A DNA stretch of 64,000 nt from Pseudomonas aeruginosa PAO1 (GCF_000006765.1 NC_002516.2); one strand, 5' to 3'. Positions 38,345-58,766 are shown, numbered from the stretch's first letter. The notes: generated from the letters alone by a model not told the origin. Numbers and translations are program-made.

Positions 38345-38376
38345 ACCCACGGAACCAGAAAAAGAGAAATCCCCTC

Positions 38377-39297
38377 ATGCGTGCAGCCCTGCTACCCACC
38401 TTCGGCGCCCTCTCCGCCGCGCTCTGCCTGGAGGCCCACGCCGACGCCGTCGCGCTGCCGCCGCTGGCGCTCGGCAACACCAGCTTCATGGACGGCGTCA
38501 GCCGTCCCGGCATGCTCTTCGAACTGCCCCTGCAATACGTTCGGGCGAACAACGCCAGCGATGCCGGCGGGCATTCGGTTCCCGGACGGCAACGGGTTCG
38601 TGGCACCACGCTGTTGCCGCACTTCGCCTACCTCAGCCAGAACACCCTGCTCGGCGCCCACTACGGCGCCGAAGTGCTGCTGCCGCTGGTACGCCTGGAC
38701 CTCGATATCGACGGCGGCCCGGACGGCCGGCGCACCCGCCAGGGCGACCTGATCGTCAGTCCGCTGATGCTGCAATGGGGGCCCGCTACGCTGTTCGGCC
38801 GCCCCTACTGGCAGCGCCTGAACTTCGTCTTCTCCCTGCCCACCGGCGACTACGACAAGGACGCCGCGATCAACACCGGCAGCAACACCTGGATCTTCAA
38901 CCCGCACTACGCCTTCACCTGGGAACTGGGCGAGCGCCTGGAACTCAGCGGCCGCCTGCACTACGCCTGGATCAGCCGCAACGACGACCCCTCGCCGCGC
39001 CTGGGCGCAAACGACGTACAGCCGGGCCAGGCGCTGCACGCGAACTTCTCGATCTCCTACGCGCTGGACCCGCACTGGCGGATCGGCCTGGCCGGCTACC
39101 AGTTGAAACAGATCAGCGCCGACCGCATCGACGACCACCGGCAGGCCGACTCGCGCGAGCAGGTCTTCGGCATAGGCCCGGGGGTGATGTACAGCCAGGG
39201 CAGGCAAACGCTGTTCGCCAACCTCTACGCCGAAAGCGGCGCGCGCAACCGCAGCGAAGGCAACCAACTGACCCTGCGCTACCTGCTGGCGTTCTGA
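38377..39297 (+). CDS. SphA/phenol-meta-pathway-type outer-membrane beta-barrel transporter (306 aa)
   Basis: ATG 38377 (MRAALLP...); signal peptide; LGNTSFMDG, GDL..SP, PTGDYD...INTG motifs; C-terminal Phe. Confidence 0.75.
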   Translation: MRAALLPTFGALSAALCLEAHADAVALPPLALGNTSFMDGVSRPGMLFELPLQYVRANNASDAGGHSVPGRQRVRGTTLLPHFAYLSQNTLLGAHYGAEVLLPLVRLDLDIDGGPDGRRTRQGDLIVSPLMLQWGPATLFGRPYWQRLNFVFSLPTGDYDKDAAINTGSNTWIFNPHYAFTWELGERLELSGRLHYAWISRNDDPSPRLGANDVQPGQALHANFSISYALDPHWRIGLAGYQLKQISADRIDDHRQADSREQVFGIGPGVMYSQGRQTLFANLYAESGARNRSEGNQLTLRYLLAF

Positions 39298-39300
39298 ATC

Positions 39301-39566
39301 GGCGGATAACGCCCTGGAAACGCCGACACCTCCCCGGGTCCGTAGGGCGAATAACCGCTCGCGGTTATCCGCCGCTTATCCGCGACATCGGCGGATAACG
39401 CCCATGGCGTTATTCGCCCTACGCACCCCGGAAACGCCGGACAGCGTCCCAACTCCGTAGGGCGAATAACCGCTCGCGGTTATCCGCCGCTTATCCGGGG
39501 TATCGGCGGATACCGCCTGTGGCGGTATTCGCCCTACAGGCCCTGGAAACGCCGGACAGCTCCCCC
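39301..39566. repeat. Tandem REP doublet (REPIN/BIME-like) array, GTAG family
   Basis: GTAG-GGCGAATAACCGC-TC-GCGGTTATCCGCC at 39342-39373 and 39457-39488; inverted partners at 39390-39422 and 39505-39537; truncated copy at 39301; period 115 bp. Confidence 0.85.
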
Positions 39567-39696
39567 GGACATTTCCGCAGGCTCTCTCAGAAGCCCGGGA
39601 ATTGGATAAAAACCCAGTAGGAGGATGATGGAGGGGCCGGCAAATCCATCCCGCAGGGACAGGACCGAACGGCACTGCCCTCTATTTTCTGAGGGC

Positions 39697-39778
39697 AAAA
39701 AAGACGCGGGCCGCAGGTGGTGGAACACCTACGACCCGCTAACCACAAACCAGCTTATGAAGGAGCTGACCCATGGCT
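39697..39778 (-). ncRNA. Predicted ~80-nt cis-antisense RNA covering the RBS and start of the 104-aa gene (SymR-like layout)
   Basis: -10 TATCAT (39791-39786); 14-bp stem 39739-39706 fully paired on the minus strand (2 G-U pairs) followed by GUC-UUUUUU. Ends inferred; -35 weak. Confidence 0.5.
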
Positions 39779-40087
39779 AAGCCGAATGATACGTCCAACC
39801 CCGAGGTAACAGAATCGTCCCCCCGCTTCGTCCCGCTGCTCCCCACCTCCCAGGCCGACATGTGTCCGCGTAGCGCCACCCTGTACGTGGACACCCATGC
39901 ACTCCCCACGCACTTGTTCGACAACGCGAAAGTGCGCTTGAGGTCGGCGATCAACATCCTGGCCATGACCCGTTTGCTCGATGAGAAAGAAGAGCCCGGC
40001 GGCACCCTGGCCTACATCAACGGTGCGTTGCTGTCGCTGCTCAGCGATGCCTTGTCCGAAATCGAGGCGGGCCACCCGAGCCTGTAG
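39773..40087 (+). CDS. Orphan 104-aa cytoplasmic protein (PA2422-like)
   Basis: AAGGAG RBS 7 nt upstream, own terminator downstream; no domain I can name with certainty. Confidence 0.8.
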   Translation: MAKPNDTSNPEVTESSPRFVPLLPTSQADMCPRSATLYVDTHALPTHLFDNAKVRLRSAINILAMTRLLDEKEEPGGTLAYINGALLSLLSDALSEIEAGHPSL

Positions 40088-40106
40088 CGCCGCTCCCCGG
40101 CGCGAC

Positions 40107-40132
40107 GCCCCCGGCCTGGCCGGGGGCTTTGT
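40107..40132 (+). terminator. Intrinsic terminator of the 104-aa gene
   Basis: GCCCCCGGCC-T-GGCCGGGGGC-TTTGT. Confidence 0.7.
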
Positions 40133-40668
40133 GGCATCGCCCATCACAGGACCTTTCGCGCCCGAACGGCACGCTTGATCGCCGTCCCGGTCCTCGCGAA
40201 ACGGCCGCCAATTGCCCGAAGCTTCCGACCCTTTTTTCGGACGATTTCTTACGCCCTTATAAATCAGTAAGTTACGAGACCTCGAAAAAAGAGGTTTTCT
40301 GGCAGGGAAAAACCCGCCGCTCCTGTTTTCCGCCAAATGGCTATAGGTTTTCCGGGCCAGCCCAGTGCCACGCAGATAACCAGGAAATGCTCAGGGAACG
40401 GGTTCGGCTGCGAGCAGTTCACCGCCATATAGACAGTGGACAAGAGCCTACCCTCATAGGCCTAGCTGTTCAGCGGGCTTGTGCCATCGGAGACTTCGTA
40501 CAAGGCTTAGCCATTGCCGTCCTACAGGCGCTGTCAGTAGGCTTTTTTCGCCGGCGACTTCGGTTCCCGGCAGGCCACAGCCTGCTGGCCCAACACCCAC
40601 GAGCGGCCTGTCTCCCTGCCGCGCCGGCAGAAGCCAGGCAGCGGACAGCTCAGAGAAGGATTTCTCCT

Positions 40669-41181
40669 ATGCACGGCCATACCCAGCTTGCCCCGCACTA
40701 CTTCTTCCGACAGCAGCGATTGCTGCGCGCGCTGCTGATCGACGACCAGGCCTGGTTCGTCCTCGACGACTTCGCCCGGCTCATCGAACACAGCCAGCCC
40801 GAACAGATGCTCGCCCGCCTGGACGACGACCAGGCGCGCCGCGAGTCGTTGCGTTCCGAACGTGGCGAAGACCAGGCGCAGTGGCTGATCAGCGAGTCCG
40901 GCGCGTATGCCGCGCTGATCTACCAGCAGCGCGGCGATGGCGGCGAATTGCGCCGCTGGCTCAGTGGCGAGGTGGTGCCGGAGTTGCGCAGCGCCACCGA
41001 CGACAGCGGCATGCCGCGCTACGTCAAGTTGCGCTGGGAGCGCCAGGTGGTGCACATGCTCGACTGGCAGGGCAAGCTCTGGGTGAATTTCAGCGAGATG
41101 CCCGACCTCCTCGAACGCCAGGGCGAGCCCATGGTGCAACTGGGTTGGCGACGCTGGTTGCGCAAGTTGCGGCCGCTCTAG
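40669..41181 (+). CDS. Bro-N domain protein (170 aa)
   Basis: LRALLIDDQAWFVLDDFARL...QWLISESGAYAAL...LRRWLSGEVVPELR is the Bro-N pattern; AGAAGGA RBS before ATG 40669. Confidence 0.82.
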   Translation: MHGHTQLAPHYFFRQQRLLRALLIDDQAWFVLDDFARLIEHSQPEQMLARLDDDQARRESLRSERGEDQAQWLISESGAYAALIYQQRGDGGELRRWLSGEVVPELRSATDDSGMPRYVKLRWERQVVHMLDWQGKLWVNFSEMPDLLERQGEPMVQLGWRRWLRKLRPL

Positions 41182-41315
41182 GCGCCGCTCTGGCGTCGTG
41201 TTGGGCGGGGCCTGTCAGATCTGCCAGCTTAAGCGGCGCGGCGCCATCCATTAACAATAGAGCAACGACTCGGGCCTAGCCTCTCCTTTCCCACGGACAG
41301 CACGAAACCGCTGGC

Positions 41316-41474
41316 ATGAAGATAACGCGAAACCTTCTGGACGATCTCTACACGGATGACCAGGGCAGCCAGGACCTGACGGGCCTCCGTCAGCCTCGCA
41401 AGATGCGTCGTGAAACCAAGGAGAAGCCGCGCAAGCGAACGCTGCGCGACTCCCGGCCGGACCGTCCCCTGTAG
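41316..41474 (+). CDS. Unlisted 52-aa small protein MKITRNLLDDLYTDDQGSQDLTGLRQPRKMRRETKEKPRKRTLRDSRPDRPL
   Basis: Hand translation; GC3 40/52 versus GC2 23/52; terminator follows; no clear SD. Confidence 0.5.
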   Translation: MKITRNLLDDLYTDDQGSQDLTGLRQPRKMRRETKEKPRKRTLRDSRPDRPL

Positions 41475-41565
41475 GAGCTACGCTCGCCTAGCGGGCGGGT
41501 TCGCCGCTCCGAACGCCCCTCTCCCTCAAGGTCAGAGGGCTGGTTTGCCTAGAACGAATTTGTAG

Positions 41566-41609
41566 AAAGGCCCGCCAAGGACGCCCGGGCGTCTTCGGCG
41601 GGCCTTTTT
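41566..41609. terminator. Bidirectional terminator between the small ORF and pvdL
   Basis: AAAGGCCCGCC-AAGGACGCCC/GGGCGTCTT-CGGCGGGCCTTTTT long inverted repeat. Confidence 0.82.
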
Positions 41610-41665
41610 CATGCCTTTCCGCCACGCGCCCCGCACAGGATCCGGCCTGTGGCGGGGCGCGTGCC

Positions 41666-54730
<13,065 letters not shown>

Positions 54731-54766
54731 CTAGTGAGTCCCGGAAACAGTCGTCGCGGCCGCCCC

Positions 54767-55531
54767 TCAACTGGCGGCGCGCATGCTTCCCCGGACCTTG
54801 TCCTTGTGCCAGCGCAGCAGATGCTGGCCGGCGTAGCGACGCAGCAGGCGCAGCAACTGCCCCTGCTGTTCACGGATGAAAAAGTGCTGCCCGTCGAGCA
54901 GGTCGAGGGTGAAGTCGCCCCCGGCCTCATGCAGCCAGCCGAGCAACTCGGCGCTGCGCAGGCTGTCCTCGCGTCCGCCGAACAGGTGCAGCGCCGCGTC
55001 CAGCGGCCCATGCGCCTGGTAGCGGTAGCTGCCGGTGACGAGAAAGTCCGCTCGCACCACTGGCAACAGCATCTGCATCAGCGACGGATCGTTGAGGACG
55101 GCCTCCGGAGTACCCCGGTAGTCGCGCAACGCGGCGACCAGTTCGGCGTCGGCCTTGGCGCGCCGGTAGCCGCTGACATCGTTTTCGGCGGGCGGGGATA
55201 CACCGGAGAGGAATAGCGCCAGCGGCCCTTCGAGGCCGCGCCGACGCATGGCATGGGCCAGTTCGAAGGCCAGCAGCCCGCCCAGGCTGTGGCCGAAGAA
55301 GGCGTAGGGAGAAGCGCTATCGAGGGTGCCTTGCAGCTCGCCGGCCAATTGCGCGACCAGGCTGGCGGCATCGGTATGCAGGGCCTCGCCGAAGCGAAGG
55401 CCGCGCCCCGGCAATTCCAGGGGTAGCAAGCGGATCCAGCCCGGCAGGCTGGGCTGCCAGCGGCGGAACAGCCTGGCGCTGGCCCCCGAATAAGGCAGGC
55501 AGAACAATTGCAGGGAAACGGCCGGGCTCAC
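54767..55531 (-). CDS. pvdG: Type II thioesterase PvdG (254 aa)
   Basis: GTG start with AAGGAGG RBS; GHSLG; directly upstream of pvdL. Confidence 0.92.
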   Translation of the reverse strand: MSPAVSLQLFCLPYSGASARLFRRWQPSLPGWIRLLPLELPGRGLRFGEALHTDAASLVAQLAGELQGTLDSASPYAFFGHSLGGLLAFELAHAMRRRGLEGPLALFLSGVSPPAENDVSGYRRAKADAELVAALRDYRGTPEAVLNDPSLMQMLLPVVRADFLVTGSYRYQAHGPLDAALHLFGGREDSLRSAELLGWLHEAGGDFTLDLLDGQHFFIREQQGQLLRLLRRYAGQHLLRWHKDKVRGSMRAAS

Positions 55532-55663
55532 CTGCCGACCTCCTTGCGCCGCTGTCGTGGCCCTCGTCCGGGGCAGAGCGCTTTCCCATGATCGATCGGC
55601 ATTTCCGTCTCCTGCTGCGCACGCCGGGGCGCCGGGCACCTGCCCGCGCTGTCACAGAGGGGA

Positions 55664-55687
55664 ACGGATAACAACGGCAAATAATTA
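55664..55687 (-). promoter_or_regulatory. PvdS-dependent promoter of pvdG-pvdL
   Basis: TAATT-N16-CGTT. Confidence 0.75.
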
Positions 55688-55913
55688 GCGCATGTAACCG
55701 CAATCTCCGGGCAACCGCGGAGCATTGCGCGAAAGGACGCCAACCCCTATCCATTCTGATGGGTTGTGCCCGGCGCTATCGCCGCATCGGCGATAGCGAT
55801 GTACGCCATGGAGCAGCCGGGAACGGTTGTCGCAGCGCCTTCGCGCAGTTCTTGCGCGGAACGCCGGCAGGAGCCGCGAGGCATTCAATACCGATTTCTA
55901 ACTAGCTGATTCC

Positions 55914-55937
55914 TAAAGATTATTAAAAAAATTTCGT
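55914..55937 (+). promoter_or_regulatory. PvdS-like box oriented toward pvdS
   Basis: CTAAAG-N16-CGTC with an AT-rich spacer. Confidence 0.35.
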
Positions 55938-56072
55938 CTGCGACGCATGACTGCAACATTGGCGCGGCCATCCTTCTGAAACGCCGAAGAATTTCTCCCC
56001 TCCATCATTCGCAGCGGCTATTTGCCAGCATGCGGACCATTCACGAATAAAGGTGAGATTGGTTATTTCTTC

Positions 56073-56105
56073 GTAATTGACAATCATTATCATTCAACAT
56101 AATTT
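56073..56105 (+). promoter_or_regulatory. Fur box overlapping the sigma70 promoter of pvdS
   Basis: GTAATTGACAATCATTATC matches 15/19 of GATAATGATAATCATTATC and contains TTGACA (56077-56082); TAATTT lies 17 bp downstream of it. Confidence 0.88.
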
Positions 56106-56174
56106 GTTGCGCCATGTGTGGGTCTTACCCCACCGCCAGTGCTCTGCAGCCCCCTCCGCAGCAAGGTGATTTCC

Positions 56175-56738
56175 ATGTCGGAACAACTGTCTACCCGCAG
56201 ATGCGATACCCCGCTCCTCCAGGCATTCGTCGATAACCGTACGATCCTGGTGAAGATCGCCGCCCGCATTACCGGTTGCCGCTCGCGAGCCGAAGATGTG
56301 GTCCAGGATGCGTTCTTCAGGCTCCAGTCGGCGCCGCAGATCACTTCGTCGTTCAAGGCACAGCTCAGCTACCTGTTCCAGATCGTCCGCAACCTGGCCA
56401 TCGATCACTACCGCAAGCAGGCGCTCGAACAGAAATACTCGGGGCCGGAGGAAGAAGGCCTGAACGTGGTGATCCAGGGCGCCTCGCCGGAAACCTCGCA
56501 CATCAACTACGCGACCCTCGAACACATCGCGGATGCCCTCACCGAGCTGCCCAAGCGCACCCGCTACGCCTTCGAGATGTACCGCCTGCACGGCGTGCCA
56601 CAGAAGGACATCGCCAAGGAACTGGGCGTCTCGCCGACCCTGGTCAACTTCATGATCCGCGACGCCCTGGTGCACTGCCGCAAGGTCACCGCCGAGCGCC
56701 AGGGCGACAACGTCACCCATCTCAGCGCCCGCCGCTGA
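56175..56738 (+). CDS. pvdS: ECF sigma factor PvdS (187 aa)
   Basis: MSEQLSTRRCDTPLLQAF...; region 2 AEDVVQDAF; region 4 HTH QKDIAKELGVSPTLV. Confidence 0.97.
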   Translation: MSEQLSTRRCDTPLLQAFVDNRTILVKIAARITGCRSRAEDVVQDAFFRLQSAPQITSSFKAQLSYLFQIVRNLAIDHYRKQALEQKYSGPEEEGLNVVIQGASPETSHINYATLEHIADALTELPKRTRYAFEMYRLHGVPQKDIAKELGVSPTLVNFMIRDALVHCRKVTAERQGDNVTHLSARR

Positions 56739-56754
56739 CGGCGGCGAGCATTCC

Positions 56755-57222
56755 TCAGCGCCGGTAGCGGCGCACCGACGCCGCCTGCGCCTCGGCCCTG
56801 GCGGCGAAATGGGTTCCCAGCAGCAACAGCGCCGCGCGCTTGTGGCGAAAATCGAAGGGTTGGCCGCAGCAGCGGCAAAGGCCCGGCGCGGTTTCGCAGC
56901 GCTCCTTTCCCAGCGTTGTCCTCGGCGGCTCAACGGGACCGTCCAGGTAGAAATGGTGGACCAGCGCCGCCAACCACTCCGCCACCCGCTCCGGCTCTCC
57001 CCGCTCCCGCGGCCCAAGGGCGTAAAGCAAGCCCGTGGGATCGCCACGCCGGCGCTCCTCCTCGATGAATGCGCAGGTCGCGACAGGTTCAGGACGCTCC
57101 TGCGCCGGCTCGTGCGACTCGTTGCACGCAGGCCGCTGCCTGTCGCAGCGGGCATATGGATCGGCCTCGCGGCGCTCGAGGGGCGACGGAAACGACAGGC
57201 TGGAGGCTGGGGACGGAAGCAT
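56755..57222 (-). CDS. pvdY: Degenerate PvdY/IucB-like hydroxylamine acetyltransferase fragment (PA2427-like)
   Basis: WLAALVHHFYLD and FDFRHKRAALL resemble the C-terminal motifs of siderophore N-acyltransferases; N-terminal half unrecognisable; start uncertain. Confidence 0.6.
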   Translation of the reverse strand: MLPSPASSLSFPSPLERREADPYARCDRQRPACNESHEPAQERPEPVATCAFIEEERRRGDPTGLLYALGPRERGEPERVAEWLAALVHHFYLDGPVEPPRTTLGKERCETAPGLCRCCGQPFDFRHKRAALLLLGTHFAARAEAQAASVRRYRR

Positions 57223-57252
57223 GGCCGGCTACTCGTGGGGCTTGCCTGAGTA

Positions 57253-57276
57253 ACGTCGCATCCCGCCGCGAATTTA
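57253..57276 (-). promoter_or_regulatory. PvdS-dependent promoter of the pvdY-like gene
   Basis: Exact TAAAT-N16-CGTT. Confidence 0.85.
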
Positions 57277-57308
57277 CCCGTCCAGCCCGGCGTCCGGCCG
57301 AACGGCCA

Positions 57309-58223
57309 TCAATAGACTTCCGGCACGATGATCTCGCCGGGCGTCGGATGCCTGACGTAATCGGCGTGGCGCAGGCGCTCCGGCAGGTGTACCGGCGGCT
57401 GCGGAACTTCCCGGTAGGGCATCTGCTGCAACAGGTGGTGGATGCAGTTCAGCCGCGCGCGCTTCTTGTCGTCGGCCTGTACCACCCACCAGGGCGCCTC
57501 GGGGATGTGGGTGCGTTCGAGCATGGTTTCCTTGGCCTTGGTGTAGGCCTCCCAGCGCCGCCGCGACTCCAGGTCCATCGGACTGAGCTTCCACTGCTTG
57601 AGCGGATCGTGGATACGGCTGAGGAAACGCAGGTGCTGCTCGGCGTCGGAGATGGAGAACCAGTACTTGAGCAACTGGATGCCCGAGCGCGCCAGCATCT
57701 TTTCGAACTCAGGCACGCTGCGGAAGAATTCCTCGTATTGTTCGTCGTTGCAGAAACCCATGACCCGCTCGACCCCGGCGCGGTTGTACCAGCTGCGGTC
57801 GAACAGGACGATCTCGCCACCGGCCGGCAGGTGCGAGACGTAGCGCTGGAAATACCACTGGGTCTGCTCGCGGTCGTTCGGCGCGGGCAGCGCGGCGACC
57901 CGGCAGACCCGCGGGTTGAGGCGCTGGGTGATGCGCTTGATCACGCCGCCCTTGCCCGCCGCGTCGCGCCCCTCGAAGAGAATCACCACCTTGTGCCCGG
58001 TGTGCACCACCCAGTTCTGCAGTTTCACCAGTTCCCGTTGCAGGCGGAACAGTTCGCGGAAATAGCGGCGCCGACTCAATTCGCCGGGCGCATCCTCCTG
58101 CTCGGGACCGAACAGCTCGTCCAGGTTCAGCTCGTCGTCGAGCAGTTCCTGCTCCAGCTCTTCGTCGTGTCGATCGAGCCAGTCGCGACCGATGCGGCCC
58201 GAGGTATCGCCATAGGAGTCCAT
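57309..58223 (-). CDS. ppk2: Polyphosphate kinase 2 family protein
   Basis: EGRDAAGKGG Walker A, LFDRSWYNRAG, KQWKLSPMD. Confidence 0.93.
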   Translation of the reverse strand: MDSYGDTSGRIGRDWLDRHDEELEQELLDDELNLDELFGPEQEDAPGELSRRRYFRELFRLQRELVKLQNWVVHTGHKVVILFEGRDAAGKGGVIKRITQRLNPRVCRVAALPAPNDREQTQWYFQRYVSHLPAGGEIVLFDRSWYNRAGVERVMGFCNDEQYEEFFRSVPEFEKMLARSGIQLLKYWFSISDAEQHLRFLSRIHDPLKQWKLSPMDLESRRRWEAYTKAKETMLERTHIPEAPWWVVQADDKKRARLNCIHHLLQQMPYREVPQPPVHLPERLRHADYVRHPTPGEIIVPEVY

Positions 58224-58274
58224 GCGCTGCTCTCCACGTCATGCCGAAATACCGCGAATGCTAGGCGCGTCTTC

Positions 58275-58303
58275 ATGACGGTTTGGTGACGGTTAGATGA
58301 AAA
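58275..58303 (-). promoter_or_regulatory. PHO box (three 11-bp-phased repeats) upstream of ppk2
   Basis: TTTTCAT-CTAA-CCGTCAC-CAAA-CCGTCAT, then TAGCAT -10 at 58263-58258. Confidence 0.75.
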
Positions 58304-58484
58304 CGTAGCGATCGCTCGTCGTCGAAAACAGTCGAAAGGTCACTGAAAGTCAGAAAATTCCCTAATCATTTGAATGACTTGGCCTAAGCTGGCCAGCCTC
58401 TCCGCACTTTCCACATGCTCCGCGCACCCCGGCGACCGCCGGGGCGAACCGCGCCCTTGCGGCGCCATTGATCGGAGATCGACC

Positions 58485-58730
58485 ATGCAAGCGTTTTCCA
58501 AACAGCAACTCATCGATGCGCTGAATGCCCAGAGCAGCGACCTGGCCACCCTGCAGAGCCTGGTCATGGGCCTCTACCTGTGGATTCGCGACAGCCATGG
58601 CCAGGCCAGCGTCGATGCGGCCTTCCAGCGCGCCCGCGAGGAGGCCAGGCAATTCCGCCAGCAGAGCGGCAACCAGGCTGACGAGCGATTGATCCTGCAC
58701 CTGGCGGAAATCGTCCGCGAACAACCCTGA
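58485..58730 (+). CDS. Hypothetical helical protein (81 aa, MQAFSKQQL...)
   Basis: GGAG RBS; Pseudomonas-like codon usage. Confidence 0.7.
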   Translation: MQAFSKQQLIDALNAQSSDLATLQSLVMGLYLWIRDSHGQASVDAAFQRAREEARQFRQQSGNQADERLILHLAEIVREQP

Positions 58731-58766
58731 GCCATGACCGGCACAGACTGACCGGTTCGGCCTGAC

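Noticed and set aside
37174-38376. 707-aa fusion ORF spanning the porin and barrel genes
   Set aside because: The upstream part is an alternate frame of the porin; only the portion from ATG 38377 has a signal peptide and barrel features.
39301-39566. REP array as a mini-CRISPR
   Set aside because: The intervening sequences resemble each other, repeats alternate in orientation, the GTAG REP signature is present and there are no cas genes.
40129-40668. N-terminal 180 aa of the 350-aa ORF
   Set aside because: Starts at a GTG right after a terminator hairpin, has low-complexity non-coding character, and Bro-N homology and an RBS begin only at 40669.
41285-41610. Rsm-type sponge sRNA (several GGA motifs before a terminator)
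   Set aside because: Most GGAs fall inside a coding-like ORF and are not clearly in hairpin loops; the number is unremarkable at this GC content.
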